From Selaginella moellendorffii (Eukaryota > Plantae > Lycopodiophyta), in NCBI RefSeq assembly GCF_000143415.4, contig NW_003314265.1, forward strand, positions 1,322,446-1,386,445: a stretch of 64,000 nt of DNA. Direction: 5' to 3'. The position numbers and the translations under genes are program-made. Below are positions 48,840 through 62,775 of this stretch, one piece after another; position 1 is the stretch's first letter, and every line of letters begins with the position of its first letter. Below the pieces are notes generated by a model. It did not search any database, was not told where the DNA came from, and was given only the letters and a program-made list of their open reading frames with translations.

Positions 48840-50597
48840 CTAAAACGATGGCAGTGCCTTGCCTTCGATAAAGTGTTGGAACAAGGCAAGTGACTCGCCA
48901 GGTTTGTCAAATGGAGGCTGATGTCCAGCACCTCTTACTGTCGCAAATGTCATTTCTGAGTACACTTCTGTCCATCCACCAACCTGCAGTTTAAAAGAGT
49001 TGTCTAATATACTCCTGGCACTCAACAAAATTTAGTTGACGCTTACCTGATTTCTGTAATTCCACCCATACCATGGAGTAACAACAGTGAGATTGAGTGC
49101 TTTGATCCAGCTCCTGGTTGAAAGCGTTGAAACGACAGCATCCAAATCCCCGCTGTGTTTTACACGTGTTGTAAGCTATAAGCACTTCAGATTGTTGTAT
49201 TGTAACTCACAGACCTGTAAATCCAGATTCTCAAGCCACTCTTGAACAAATGTTGGTATACGGGGAGCATTGAGCGCTCTCTATCTAGTGTCGAGTAGTT
49301 CCTGTCAATATCCGGGCTGCAAAAAACAATTTCAAAATCAAAGCTTTCAATATCCAGTTTTGAACTAAACGCTTACTTGCAGAACTGCCACCGAACTGGT
49401 CTCGTCTCGACGTGCAAAGCGGCTTGAACATCCTGGCGGTTGAGATAAGGTGTCACAGAATCAAGGCAAGCCTCGTCATCTGGTCCTGAAAGTAAGTTGC
49501 ATGCTGGTGCATAGATGTTGTAAGGAGTAATGTAGGCAATCAGGTTCCGGATCTGGGAGGTAGCATTTCTACATCTCGCTATTGATTCGTCATCATTCCT
49601 CCTACAGTAGGTCTTCTCTTCTTGGCAAAGCTCCTCAGAAATGATTGAATGCGAGTACAAGTTCTCAATGTTACCAGGACCGTCATAGTCGACGTCCGTG
49701 GAAGGATTACCAATCTGAATGTATAAAAATTAGCTTCTTTCAATGTAGTGTAGTGTAAGAGTGAACGTACAGCAAACCCCTTCAGGTTGATACGATTTCC
49801 ATTTTGCTCATTATGTGAAATGATTTGCGATGCCAACGTTGGTATGTAATGTCCTTCAGGGAATCAAGTGTTACGTACTGTGCAAACCTCAAGTATGCAT
49901 ACCTGCAAAGCTTTCTCCAGCAACGAAGAAGTCATTCTGTTTATACTCAGGGAACTTTGTGAGAAATTCGAGCAGAAACAGCAAAGTATCGCTGGCTGCA
50001 TCCCAAACACGTTTTATGAGAAGTTGAGAACCACAAGCAAGTGGTATAGTACCTGTTTGATTGTCTGTGTAATTTCCCCCATCAGAAAGCAAGTTTGTAT
50101 ATGAGAAACCGGTATTATAAGGGATCTCCAAACAGATGAGATTCACAGCTGCACATGAAATCGGATCAAGCAGATGAAACTCCTAGGATCTAGGAGAAAG
50201 AAAAAACCTTTATTCCAAGAGTATGGATTGCGAACGAGCCCAGTGCCTGAGTTATTTGTGCTGAATGGACCAGTCTCTCCAAGAGCTCCAGCGCCAATGG
50301 ATGAACATCCCGGTCCTGCAGAAACGTACAAATATTACAAATGCTGCGTATCATCAAAGAAGCACCTCCGGTGAGCCATAATACCAACGGCAAGGAAGAC
50401 GCATTTGGGTGATCTGCTTCGAAGAACCAGTAGAACAGTGCACGTCCAGCTGTGGCGTTTATCTCAATTTGACCTGCGTACTGCTTAAATCCAACTTCTG
50501 GTTGCCCAGGAAGCCCTTGCACAAGGTGCGAAGGGTCTGCAGCCAATGCCAATGCAACCTGGAGGAGCACAAGAAGAAGATGAATCCATGTCCTCAT
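48840..50597 (-). CDS. Serine carboxypeptidase-like (S10), copy A2
   Basis: Same exons as A1; [31 protein letters not shown]. Confidence 0.9.
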
Positions 50598-51906
50598 AGC
50601 TCTCACGAGTGGATGAAGCTTAACTCTTCATTGTCACGTTTGCGCAATCCTTATAGTCAACAAACCGTGTTGGATCAAACTCTTCTTGCCACCTGTCGTC
50701 TGGAGCCGAATTCAAAACATGTTTCAAATTTGGAGACTTCCGCAACCCAAATCCTGAAAGGTTGCCGCTTCTGAGTCTGTGGAATCCAACGCTTAGCTAC
50801 AAACTTCAAGGCTACTTACACAGTAAATTAAGTTTGGGGACCTGTTCTTCTGACGTGCTTTCATCCTCGAAGAAATGCCTTGTTCATGCTGACAAGGAAT
50901 CCCCATCTTGACAAGCGATGTAATCTGAGCTGAGTGCATTCCGATAACGATATTCTCACCAATTCTGCATCCTTGCCCGCGGCTGTGGCAAACAATGTGG
51001 ACAGAAACAATTCAGAAAACCTACTCGCTCACAGCAAATGGACGCTCTTACGGCTGGAAGCTGCCAGATGAAGGCGGCGCCGGCTGTGTCAAAACTGCGA
51101 AGAGTACTATCTGATGATTGAGAGAAACAAAGGCGCTAGGGTAACATTATGCAATAAGCAAATAAGCAAGGCTGCAAGAGCAATTACAAGTACACATCAA
51201 CACTCTAAAATAATTTTAAAAGCACGAGTGCATGCACTCAAAGATCTTGAAGTCACAGATCTTCATTGTTGTATTGATAAATATTGTTCATTGCAGATGT
51301 CATCAATCATCATAGCCTGAAAATCAGTATATACAAAGCCAATTATATTTGGGGACAGGTTTGGGGACCTGTTCTTCTGACGTGCTTTCATCCTTGAAGA
51401 AATGCCTTGTTCATGCTAACAAGGAATCCCCATCTTGACAAGCGATGTACTCTGAGGTTTATAATCAAAGCCAATTATATTTGGGGACAGGTTTGGGGAC
51501 CTTTAATTACTTTAAAGTAATTAAACAATCACTTATTAGGAACAGTTGCATCTCTGGTTAATAGAGAGATTTATGCAACTTCTTGGTCACACCTGACATT
51601 TGATTTACAACATTTGCACGACCATAAAAGGATTCAACTAATTTGATGAAGATAGAATCACTCATAACATGGTGGATAGCATCTGGAGATCACAAGTAGT
51701 TGCAAATTCACTAGAAGATCATTATTAGAAAGCCTCAGCTTCCCACCATCCCAATGCGAGTCCACCAGCAGATGCCAAGAGCCAGCACCTCATTGTGCTT
51801 AATCTGGATAGTACATGTTTAAGTAACATAAGCTACAACAAGAGATAAAATTTCAAATGTACTAAACAAATGTTGAGTTTTATTTCTTGACAATCCCTTG
51901 TTACAG

Positions 51907-52887
51907 CTAAAACGACGGCAGTGCCTTGCCTTCGATAAAGTGTTGGAACAAGGTAAGTGCCTGGCCAGGTTTGTCAACTGGAGGCTGATGTCCAGAGCCT
52001 CTTACTGTCGCAAATGTCATTTCTGAGTACACTTCAGTCCATCCACCAACCTGCAGTTTAAAAGAGTTAACTAGTATACCCCCGTTCAACAAGATTTAGT
52101 TGATGCTTACCTGATTTGTGTAGTTCCACGCATACCATGGAGTAACAATAGTGAGATTGAGTGCTTTGATCCAGCTCCTGGTTGAAAGCGTCGAAACAAT
52201 AGAATCCAAGTCCCCACTATGAATGACATGTGTTAAAAGTGCTTCAGATTGTTGTCTTGTAATGTAATTCACAAACCTGTAAATCCAGATTCTCAAGTCA
52301 CTCTTGAACAAACTCTGGTATACGGGAAGCATTGAACGCTGTTTATCGAGTGGCAAGTAGCTCCTGTCAATATCCGGGCTGCCAAAAACAATATCAAAAT
52401 CAGCTTTCAGTATCCAGTCTTGGATTAAACGCCTACTTGCATAAACGCCACCGAACTGGTCTTGTCTCGACGTGCAAGGCGGCCTGAACATCCTGGCGAT
52501 TGAGGTAAGGTGTCACAGAATCAAGGCAAGCCTCATCATCCGGTCCTGAAAGTAAGTTGCATGTTGGTGCATAGATGTTGTAACGATCAATGTAGCCAGT
52601 CAAATCAAAGATCTGGGAGCTAGCATTTCCACATCTGGCTAATGCTTCGTCATCGTTCCTCCCCCTCCCACAGTAGGTCTTATATTCTTGGTAAAGCTCC
52701 TCAGAAATGACTAGAACCAGTAGAACAGTGCACGTCCAGCTGTGGCGTTTATCTCAGCTTGACCTGCGTACTGCTTAAATCCAACTTCTGGTTGCCCAGG
52801 AAGCCCTTGCACAAGGTGCGAAGGGTCTGCAGCCAATGCCAATGCAACCTGGAGGAGCACAAGAAGAAGATGAATCCATGTCCTCAT
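51907..52887 (-). pseudogene. Serine carboxypeptidase-like copy B with internal deletion
   Basis: Exon 1 ends ALFYWF* at 52711, joined directly to the IISEELYQE exon; the GPGCSS and GES catalytic exons are missing. Confidence 0.88.
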
Positions 52888-53685
52888 AGCTCTCACGAGT
52901 GGATGAAGCTTACCTCTTCATTGTCACGTTTGCGCAATCCTTATAGCCGAACTCTGGATAAAATCAACAAACCGTGTTGGACCAAACTCTTCTTGCCCCC
53001 TGTAGGCTGTAGCCGAATGGATGGCCAGCCCAACATCTTAACAGGACTGGTTATCAGTCAAAAGCAAGGAAGTTAATGAACTCGAGGAACCGTGCATGAT
53101 TGGAAGGCCTAGTATCCACCTTTGTAATTCGGTCATAACACCACAAAGTCCTCGTGAAAAGGTTACCGCATCTGCTGGGATCCTGTAAAACAGGCAACGC
53201 TTAGCTACAAACCAAATCAACCTCAAAGTTACTTACACAGTCAATCAATTCTGGGGAGCTGTTCTTCAAAAGTTGGCTGACGTGCTTTCATTCTCATCTT
53301 ATCAAGAGACTGTTACAGATTGTAACAAGAAATGTCTCGTTTATGCTGACAAGGAACTCCGTGAAGAAATGTATTGCTCATCTGATAATGATATGCTCAC
53401 CATTTCAAAAAATTCTGCATCCTTGTGGGCTGTGGCAAACAATGCGACAATGGCCATCCATAGCTTCTCCGATTGTGGGCCAGAAACAATTCAGAAAACC
53501 TGCTCACGTACAGCAAATGGACGCTCTTACCTCTCTCGTAGAGGCGATAGACCTTGCGAAACGCTCCATCCGACGATTTGCCCGTTCTTCCTTAACATCC
53601 AAAAAATCTCTCACCATTCGATCGAATTTATACTTTTAGTAGACAATCCCTTTGATCTTCCTCTTTCACCTTTTCTCGAATTGGA

Positions 53686-56600
53686 TCATCCCCTGGGATA
53701 GACGCGGCTGCGGATATAGTCGAACATCCAGATCCACACCGACGAGTAAGCCTTCGCCTCCGGCGGCGATAGCTCCTTCAGCTGCGAAGCCAGCTTCGCA
53801 AAGCTTTTGTTGCAAGCCTCCACTTCCTGCGCTGTGATATCGCCAACTTCGACGCTACAACTTCGCTGCTTGAGCTGCTCTGGAGGATCGAGAGCCCATT
53901 GCATCGCCCAGATCGAAAGCGGTCGCATGTATGCCAGTGAGCGATACTTTCCATCGTTGTCCCAGGCTTCTGGAGTCTGGAAAGCATATCTAAACATCGA
54001 AACACTGCGTTAATCGCTGGCAAACTCGACAGAGAAACGAGCGATACGTACCCGTGTCCTTGGTCGGACCATCCATTCAAAAACACTCCTTTGGCAGTCC
54101 GGAATCCTTCTTCTCGCATGCCTTGCTGAATCATAGCCGCTGCCACAGCATAAGTGGTGCCTGCCCAAACTTCCCGAGACTGGAGCGAAGTCCTATCTTC
54201 ACCGCCACTCGGTAGCATTCCATTGACAGCGCCTTCGTTTCCTCCCTTGTACCGCATGACGTTTGTGGCGAAAACCGTCCCAAGCGCGCTGGTAGCTTGA
54301 TCTTCGCGGACGATTCCAGGAAGTCCAGAAGCCAGAGAATACCACTGCCCTGCGAGTTGATCCGACTGGACCGAGGTGCTGTTCTTGTCGTAGTGGAAGT
54401 AAGAGCCGTTCCACAGTGACTTCTCGTAGACAGCCTTTGCTCGTAGGAACTTGCCGTGAAACATTCTGGATGAAGGCTTGTCCCCGACTAGATCAGCCAA
54501 TGCCGACGCTGCCTGGAGTGCTGCCACCCACAGTCCTCCACAATACGAGCTCACACCGTCGACAGTCCAGAGGTCGTAAGTCTGGTCCGGAACACCGTCG
54601 TTCTCAATCATACCATCGCCATCTCTATCGAACTGGTCTGTGACAGCCATGGCTGCATATGCGGCTGGCCAGACAGCTCTCGCGAATTCCAGATCCCCTG
54701 TAGCAGCTGCGTCTCTGTTTACCTGAACCACGAACTTGCAATTCAGATCCTTCCACTTGCTAGTGTCGTGCAAGTTGTAGCTGTTAAGTGTGTTCCACGG
54801 ATCATGCGTACCGAGGTCGTGTGGAACCGAACCGAAAACAGCTCTGATGCCGGTGTTGCCATATGCCAGATAAAACATCTTTTCTGGATCATGCGAAAGG
54901 GTGGCGGCCGCAAAGTCTCGCTGGAGTTGAAGTTCAAGCCGTGGAAACAAGGCCAGCAGTGCATATGAGGCGTAGAAATGCACGTCGTACGTGTTCCAGA
55001 AATGATATTCCACTCCTTCCAAGTAGAGAAACTGTCCCACGTTATCTTCGACCGCCGGTATACCAATGGACCAAAATGACTGAGCCTCCGAATTTGCGTT
55101 GATAGCGTCTAGCAATGCTTCCGAGACTCCATTGGATTTTACCGGGTTAAGCTTCTGAGCTAAACACGCCTGACGGCAAGTATCTGAAAAACTTAAATCA
55201 CATAGCAAGGTCGTGTAAATGCGTTTCATGTTCATACCTGTCCATATCGTTCCTCCAGCCACCAAGTAGTAAAGCTCGTTAAATAGAGTGTAGCGGTACC
55301 TACAGCCTCATCAGAAACTTAGCAGCAAGTAAGTTATTACGCTCACCATTCTGGAAGGCTGTGGTCGTTTAGGATCGGTTCTTGCCAAGCATGGATCTCA
55401 GATTCCCAGCGCTTGTAATCTATAGACAACAGCGAAATCAGGTAAAATGCGGAGAAATGTCCTCGCTCACTCAAAATGGCGTCGTGAACAAGCTTCGATG
55501 CAGCGTTGCCAGACTTCCCATAAAACTTCGTGTACCTCCTGCGAATTCCGCTCGAGAAGCTAATATAAAGAAGATTATCTCCTTACCTGTAGTAGGAGCT
55601 ACCACCCAAGAAGGTAGCTTTAGGTGAATCCCATGCCAGTCCAAAGGTGATGGATTTTGTTCCGTGTGCTGGAACAACAACACTTGCGGCAACAGCAGCT
55701 CCCACAACGGTTTCCGGTTGCGACAACGAAGCGGACATCGTCGAATTCTTGGCATTAAAGCATCCTTTCTGTAAAAACAAGACAAGGAAATGTCTTCTTT
55801 GAAAACGCTAAGCGGTCCGACCTCTGTTATCTCACTCCACATATCCTTCGCCGTTTGATAAGAATTTCCCTCCGGGGAACCAGCGACTAGAAAACAAGGA
55901 CAGACAGATGTGGAAACATCGTCCGTTTCCCTTGCCGCAATAGCGAACGTCACAGAGTGTTCTTCTTTCCTGAAAAAAGTGAAATAAAAATAAAAAGTCT
56001 TGCTTATTGAAACCTGGAAACCTTTGTTCTACTACCTGTGATGAAGAAGCACCCCACGGACTCCATCCTCTTCCCTGCTTCATGAAGTTAAAACTTTGAC
56101 ATGCGTATCACCGCTTACTCACATGAAAGGAGAATTTTCATGGCCTCCAGATGTTTCCGATCCTCCAGCAATGCTGTTCTGTATATCCGTCGGAATTACA
56201 TGAAGTCAAAGACATGAAACGACTTACAGCCCACGTAAAAAGCAGCGTAGCCGTCGCGTCTTCATCTCCTGTATTTACAAGCTGAAAGAACCGCTCATCT
56301 AGTGCTGATAATGAGTTCTAACTGGCCCACCTCATAGATGAAGACACAAGAAGGAAAACTACTTTCTTTGTAGTTGTGTGGTACGAATGGCGAAACCTGG
56401 CGGCATGTAATCTTCATTTGGGGATCCGGTTCTCCTGAATTGTTAAAACACTTATCATTTGCGAAAAGGAAAGATGCTCGCCTACCATCATAAGTTGTCC
56501 AGGCACGAGGGAATAACCCGTAATAAGTGCTTTTTACCCCAGTTAGATTCCAGTTCCAAGAAGAAATCCCGGACTCAGTCTCCTTACTATGTAAGAAAAA

Positions 56601-57430
56601 GAAAAAAAACAATAAGTCAGCGCGTAAAAGCAGGCTTTGGTCCGAAAATGTACCTTTCAAAAACTGGCTCACCAGGAAACAACACTGATGAGGTCTTTTG
56701 CGTTGTACCATCTTTACTGTGCCGGGTGATAAAAACCTGCGTAGAATTTCAGCATACGTTAGCTGCAAGAAGGGAAAGCTTCACTTCATACCGAGAACTG
56801 ATCAGCTAGAACAGCAGAAGTCTGGCAAACGGTTGGAAGCAGTTGCCATCGTGAAAAATCACCTCGGAAACCTCTACCAATGCTTCCTCCCCTGCACGGC
56901 CGTTAATTCCAAAATCACTCTACACGAGTTAACAAGACTCGACTCACTCTTCCAAAGCGAAGGCAGTAATATACAGACCCAATTCCACCGAGAGGAACAC
57001 CTTGGCACGAAGAAGCCGGCGTATCTTGAGGGTAGAATGGATCGATAGGCGCTCTCTGCGAGAGAAAGAAAAAACCAAGCTAAGAACCGAATTTTCCATC
57101 GATCTAGAGAAAACGCTACCCGTCCTTGTTCGTGCTCACTTCTGCAAAACTTCCACAGCCGGACACCCATCGGCAGCTATGAAATTCGAGCAAACAAAAC
57201 CAAAGCCTGTGAGATCTTGACTTCCACAAAACAATGACAAACCATCTCAAGTATTTCTCTGAGAGTTGGCTTAAACTCTGTGAGCTCCACCACAGGAGTA
57301 TCCAGCCTCCGCTTCCACGCCAGTGCTGGCAGCCCCATTCCTGGATCTGCCTCGATGTGGCGCTGGAGAAACGAAATCAAAACCAGCGAACGCAAATAGG
57401 AAAATGCGAGTCAAGCCTTGCTACCTCCAT
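53686..57430 (-). CDS. GBA2: Non-lysosomal glucosylceramidase (GH116)
   Basis: [98 protein letters not shown]. Confidence 0.94.
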
Positions 57431-58016
57431 AGCCGGCTGAGAGGGACAAGCTCTCAAACAAGCGAGCGTCCTCACAAAAGTGGACCCTTTGCTTGCAATC
57501 TTGCTGTGAACGTAGATTCCCCGCCAAGGAGCAGCAACAGCGGCATTGTTTAAGAGAATCTGCCAATTGGAGCTCACCACTGTAGATGCTGCGGCCGACG
57601 TAGACGTCGATCTGGAGCTCACGAACTGGATCATCGCGCCTTTAAGCACGGAGATCGAATAGATCGCTCGATCGTGCTCCAGCGACAAGAACAGGGCAGG
57701 ACAGGACAGCTAACGATTTCAACTTGCGCTGGATGGATCGAACAAATCGAGCTGTCGCTGCGCTCCCGTTCCACGCGCTCGATTAAAGAACCCTAGCCTA
57801 GCCAATCAAACAAATGTAACAACATTGGAACTACTTAATGTGTCCTTCTGGCCATAGGAAATCTGGATTATTTTCTCTTCGCTTGCGTGAGCTTAAGCAA
57901 CACGAAGAGTGGCAGCGCCAGCAGCGTTCTCTTCGAGCTTGTTGTCCCTACGGCATTAGCACATTTTTTCTTGTTCCTGTCCAGCGCCAAAACGCTATAG
58001 TAAGTAGCAAGGAAAC

Positions 58017-61000
58017 TTACTCGAAGTGGATCTGGATGGTGCGAATCTCCATGCATCCGAGCTCCACCTCCATCTTGCTCGCGTCCAGTGCCGCTCCCCG
58101 CGGTGACTTTCGAGTGATTCCGGCCTTTGCGATCGTCCACTTGAGAGGCTTGATGTTGGACTTTTCTTGGTTCGCGGAGAGTGAGAGCTCCGTCGCCGAC
58201 TTGATCTGGAGCGTGACACAAGTGGGAAGCGTTTAGTATTGTTACTTAGTGGAGAAAGTTTAGCTTACCTTGCGGCCTGGAAAGAGTTTGCTCAGGTCGA
58301 CAGTTACGGTCTTGGATAAATCTTCGTCTTCATCAGCCTGTCGGATGCGGTTTTTTAGTATTTTAGCCAACCAACTTATTGTCGTACCTCGTACAAATGG
58401 GCCAAACGCAACAGAGCATCTCCATTGTCCAATGCCTGTCAAGCACAAAAAGTTAGAAGCTCACCCAAACAGAGATTGATCCACCTGAAGTGTTATAAGT
58501 CCAACGTTTTCTGGTAATGCATATCCCGACGCAAATGGGGTGAAACCATTTATCTTGTTCTCCCCATCCTGCAATGCGAAGTTAGACTGCGTACTGCACG
58601 TACTTATAGCATCACGTACCGTTGTTCCAAAATAAAGTTGTAGAGGAAACAGCTTCTTCTGCCCTTCATACCGGCGCCAACGAGCAGCTTTGGCAACCGG
58701 GTTCACGTTAATATAAGAAATGCCTTGCACCTGTTAAACAGAAATAACATAACGCGACTAGTCCAAAGAACCGAAAGAAACTTAAACTCACAGTCAAGCC
58801 TTCGCAGTTGCTCGAGTTTCGTTGAGGCAGACAGACAACTTCGTCCAGCGCCTCTCCAACTCCTCTCCCATCATCAACTAGCAAGCGTCTACAGAGAAAA
58901 TTTATACAGTAAGAAAAGAAAATCGAGAAAGGCACACCTATGTAGCATGACTTCAAGTTGACCATCTGAAATGCTTCCGGCACCAACAGAACGGTCAACC
59001 AAAATCGAAAAGTCCGTTTTCTTGTCCGTCAGGTAAACTCCAAGATTCACCTACACGTATTACCGAAGTATATAACCACAAAGCAGAGCAAGTAGCAGCC
59101 TTACCGGGTAATAGTTCCCAGCAACTGGTTGTGTAACTTCTAGCTTCCAGTCGGATCTGAAATCCCTTACCTGCAGAAACATCAGCAAGAGAAAAATATA
59201 TATTTCAGTTTCTTACCCGCTTTATAAAGTCACGACCATTTGAATCACTATAAAACACGCCCTCACTGGGAATGCCAGTTGTGAATCTGGTTATTACTTC
59301 TTTGCCGATTCCATCGTCAACTGGAATCGGGCCAACCTGAATAAAGGAAGGAAAGTTAAGATCTGCAGTCCAGAATCTAGCTGTTTATACCACAAATTCT
59401 ACTTCTGCATGCCCGACATCTTTGTACAATCTGAAAATCTGCAAAACTCAAGCAACAACATATAAACTAAGAATATAGGCAGAACTTCACAGCACCTGGT
59501 AGATCCACGGAGCAACTTCCTGGTGAACCTCTTCAACTAAAGGCCCTCGAACAATTTTTAAAGACACCTTCCAAGAGAAAGGCACGTGAAACCTTGTTCA
59601 GCATTATGCAATAAATATTAAGTTACCTCACTTGCCACCGGTGTGGCTGTTTGCCCATCTGGAAGAAAAATATATGCTCCCGAGTGCTGACACAGATGAA
59701 AAATCCATCACGACAAGACATTGTAATCTATGTGTCATACCTGTCCGGATCCAGCATAGCCGGCGTACCAGTAATAAGATTGTTGAACAGGAGTTTCAGC
59801 CTGAAAATAAAAATAAAAATGAATGGTAACGCCACGAGACATTATTTACATACCCCAGATTTGCCATTCGATATTCTTGTCAAATGACCAGTTTTTGAAG
59901 AAAATGTCAATTTAGTATCAAATCCAGCTGCAATAGAACTAGATCCGTTGCTGCTTTCGAACTTTGACACTGTTGCTGCATTCAGAGGAGTAGATTATAT
60001 AGAGTCAAATTAGTAGCACAAAACTTACCAGTGTCTGCCGATCCAATACTAACATAGTATGTGCTTACACCAAGAGGAGGTACAGCAGCTTTGAAATAAA
60101 GCCAATAACTAGGAGGTGTCCCCGGAGCCACCCCGAGATTAGCACGTACGTAATAGGATCTGGTTCTTTTCGTTGCGTCACTCACAGGTACAAGCTGAGA
60201 GGGCACTGCTTTACCAGAGGCATCTTTTACAACTAGTCCTTCTTCATTAACCTGCAAGGCCTCAGCATAAGCATACCTCAACAATTTTTTAATGTACATA
60301 CAGGTATCCGAACATAATCTTCTCTTTGCCATCCCAGTGGATTGTATGCTGTTACAACCTGCAAAACTCAAGGGTTAGCATTGCTGCATGAAACTTGGAG
60401 TCTATACCAAGTTCTTTTTTGCGTGTTCTGTCAACGGGCAAAAGCTGACGTTGAGAAGCGGGCACTGGAGAATTAACAAGCGTTCTAAGGAGAAAATATC
60501 ATGCTTAAAAGTTACCTTCACAAAATTCTCTTCAGAAGAACTTGTTAATGCCTTCAGAGCCGACTTTACAACCAAGTCCGACTGCAAAGTCATCGTCAAT
60601 AAAAAAGCGTAGCATCCTATAGAATTAAAGCATACCTCAGCTGCACCAATGGCCAGGCGCTTCGCATAATCATTTGTGACGTGCTGTTTTTCAGTTCCAC
60701 TAACACCATCATGGTGTTGAGAAATACTCAATGCATCCCACAAGCTGTCAGTATTAGGACCATCTTTCTTCCTTCCAGCTAGAAACTCAAGTTGTCTTGC
60801 TGCCTGGTAAACCTATCAGTAGCTAGACAGAACGCACAAAGTTCTTGCCTGAAAAAATCCGCTGACTTCTCTGACATATCCCTTGAACGCAGCTCTACTG
60901 GTGAAATATCCAGTCCAGAAAGATTTTCCATCATCAGCATACCTGTAACAACAACTTCAAATGAATAATACTACTTCTAGTTGTAAGCTTACGGGAAAAA

Positions 61001-62524
61001 ATCGTCCGTCTTCAGCGGCCAGGTTTCATCCGCAGCGTGTTTGGCGTCAAGGTACATTGATGGGGTTGAGTATAGGGCGTTGACTCTACCATCCTGCATC
61101 AGTCCCCTCGTCAGTCTAGCAGAAAAAAATATTACGTACCCACAAGATTCACGTAGTGAATGAACTTATCCATTTGCACAAACCACTTGCCAGCTAATGC
61201 GTACTTAAAATCATTTCCCATGGTCCACATTATATGATTGGTACGTGTTATATTTGCCTGCAAGAAACAGTTAGCAGATCGTTTTTTTTACAATAGCAAT
61301 CAACCTGGGATTGAGCTGCAGCTACAAATGCGTCCACTCTCTCCTTCACGTTATAATCAAAAAGCAAAGGATCGTCCTGGAACAGCATCGTAAATAGCGC
61401 GATTTTTTAAAAATCAAAACCAGCTTACTTGAACTGGAATCTCGTCTGATTCTTCGTAAGCTAAACCATGACCATCTGGTGGACCGTAATGGACTGGAAA
61501 AATACTTGTAAATACCTGCTCTCCAGAGAGAGTTAATCAATCTTTTAGCCTTACTAAATAGCAACTCACCTGTGCATCCGAGCCTAAAGTATTTGAGCCC
61601 TGCCAAATAACTTCTAAGCTTTTGTCCTTGTATCTTTGACGTCTATCTTGATAGTCAATTCGGGCGAAAAATAATGCGTCAAAACCAAGCTGAATGGACA
61701 AAAACAAAGAGTACGTAAGGCCAGAAGCCATGACAAAGCTGTATCTCGTACCTCGGCGCCTAGAAGATATGCTTGAACGGCGGAGTGACCAAAAGGATCA
61801 ATCTGCCATCCAATGCGAGGAGTCACTCCAAATTGCTCCTTGATATACTTGTGTCCAAGGGTCGTCTGCTCAATCATATCTATGTAATGCGTCGCTGCTT
61901 CATCGTGCATGCACCATCCCCCGTTTCTACAATTTGGAAGCGCCGTGAAATTCCTCTCACAAACACGAAAGTAAAAGAGCCATCGATCGACTTACATGAG
62001 CTCAAGCCTTCCGGAATGGATCAGCTCTTTTACAACACTTTGCACCTCTTCTGTTTGTTCTCTCCACCATCTCTGGAAAAACGCCTGAAACTCGAGAAAA
62101 TTACTGCTGGATTCTCAAAGAAAGAAATAGAGAGATAAGAATCAATGCAAGTACCTGCTCGACATACACGAATTTTCGATCCGGATTACTCGTCAGGTAC
62201 ATGAGAATGCTATCGAGAATGTACTGGACTCCAGCTTCCTGTCAATCGCTAGGTTATTCCCCCAATTTCTTGCCGCGGATGATCCGAAAATCCAGCGAAA
62301 GAGCTGGATTCACGCAGAAAACACACCTGGATGGTATTGTTGGATCCAATGTAGTACTGATCCACAGTCTTGAGCCATCCGACATCATCGTGCGTGTGTG
62401 GGACGAGATGGACGTTGATCTTGCCGGCGACAATGCCGGCCGTGGTGTTGTACCTCTTGCTCGCGCCCAGCTCCGCGATCGCCAGGAAGACGAGGATGGT
62501 CAAGAGGGAGCGGCCGCCCGCCAT
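58017..62524 (-). CDS. Alpha-mannosidase (GH38, vacuolar/lysosomal type)
   Basis: [76 protein letters not shown]. Confidence 0.96.
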
Positions 62525-62775
62525 AGCCAAAATCTCAAACCCCGAAAGGAAAACGTTCTTTTGCCATAGGCGACTCTGTTGTCATATACACCAGACGCTG
62601 GAACATTCCATAATCCAAATGGTGCGACCCGAGCCGTCCATCGCCTGACGATTCGTCGTCTATCCTGGCCGTCGCATCGAACAATGGATGGAAAGCACTA
62701 TAGCTTGTCCGCTTTGCTTGACTGGATATCGACATTCTTGGCGCATTCTATCCGAGACTAGGGCATGACTTGTTG

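Larger units (their letters stand above)
44686..51991. repeat. Tandem segmental duplication, unit 2
   Basis: Near-identical to 37843-44685, with extra sequence at about 51340-51700 and 48556-48740. Confidence 0.93.

Noticed and set aside
29652-62524. Biosynthetic gene cluster (GDSL, SCPL, transporter, glycosidases)
   Set aside because: No scaffold enzyme or P450; the SCPLs look like peptidase-type rather than acyltransferase-type; housekeeping genes are interspersed
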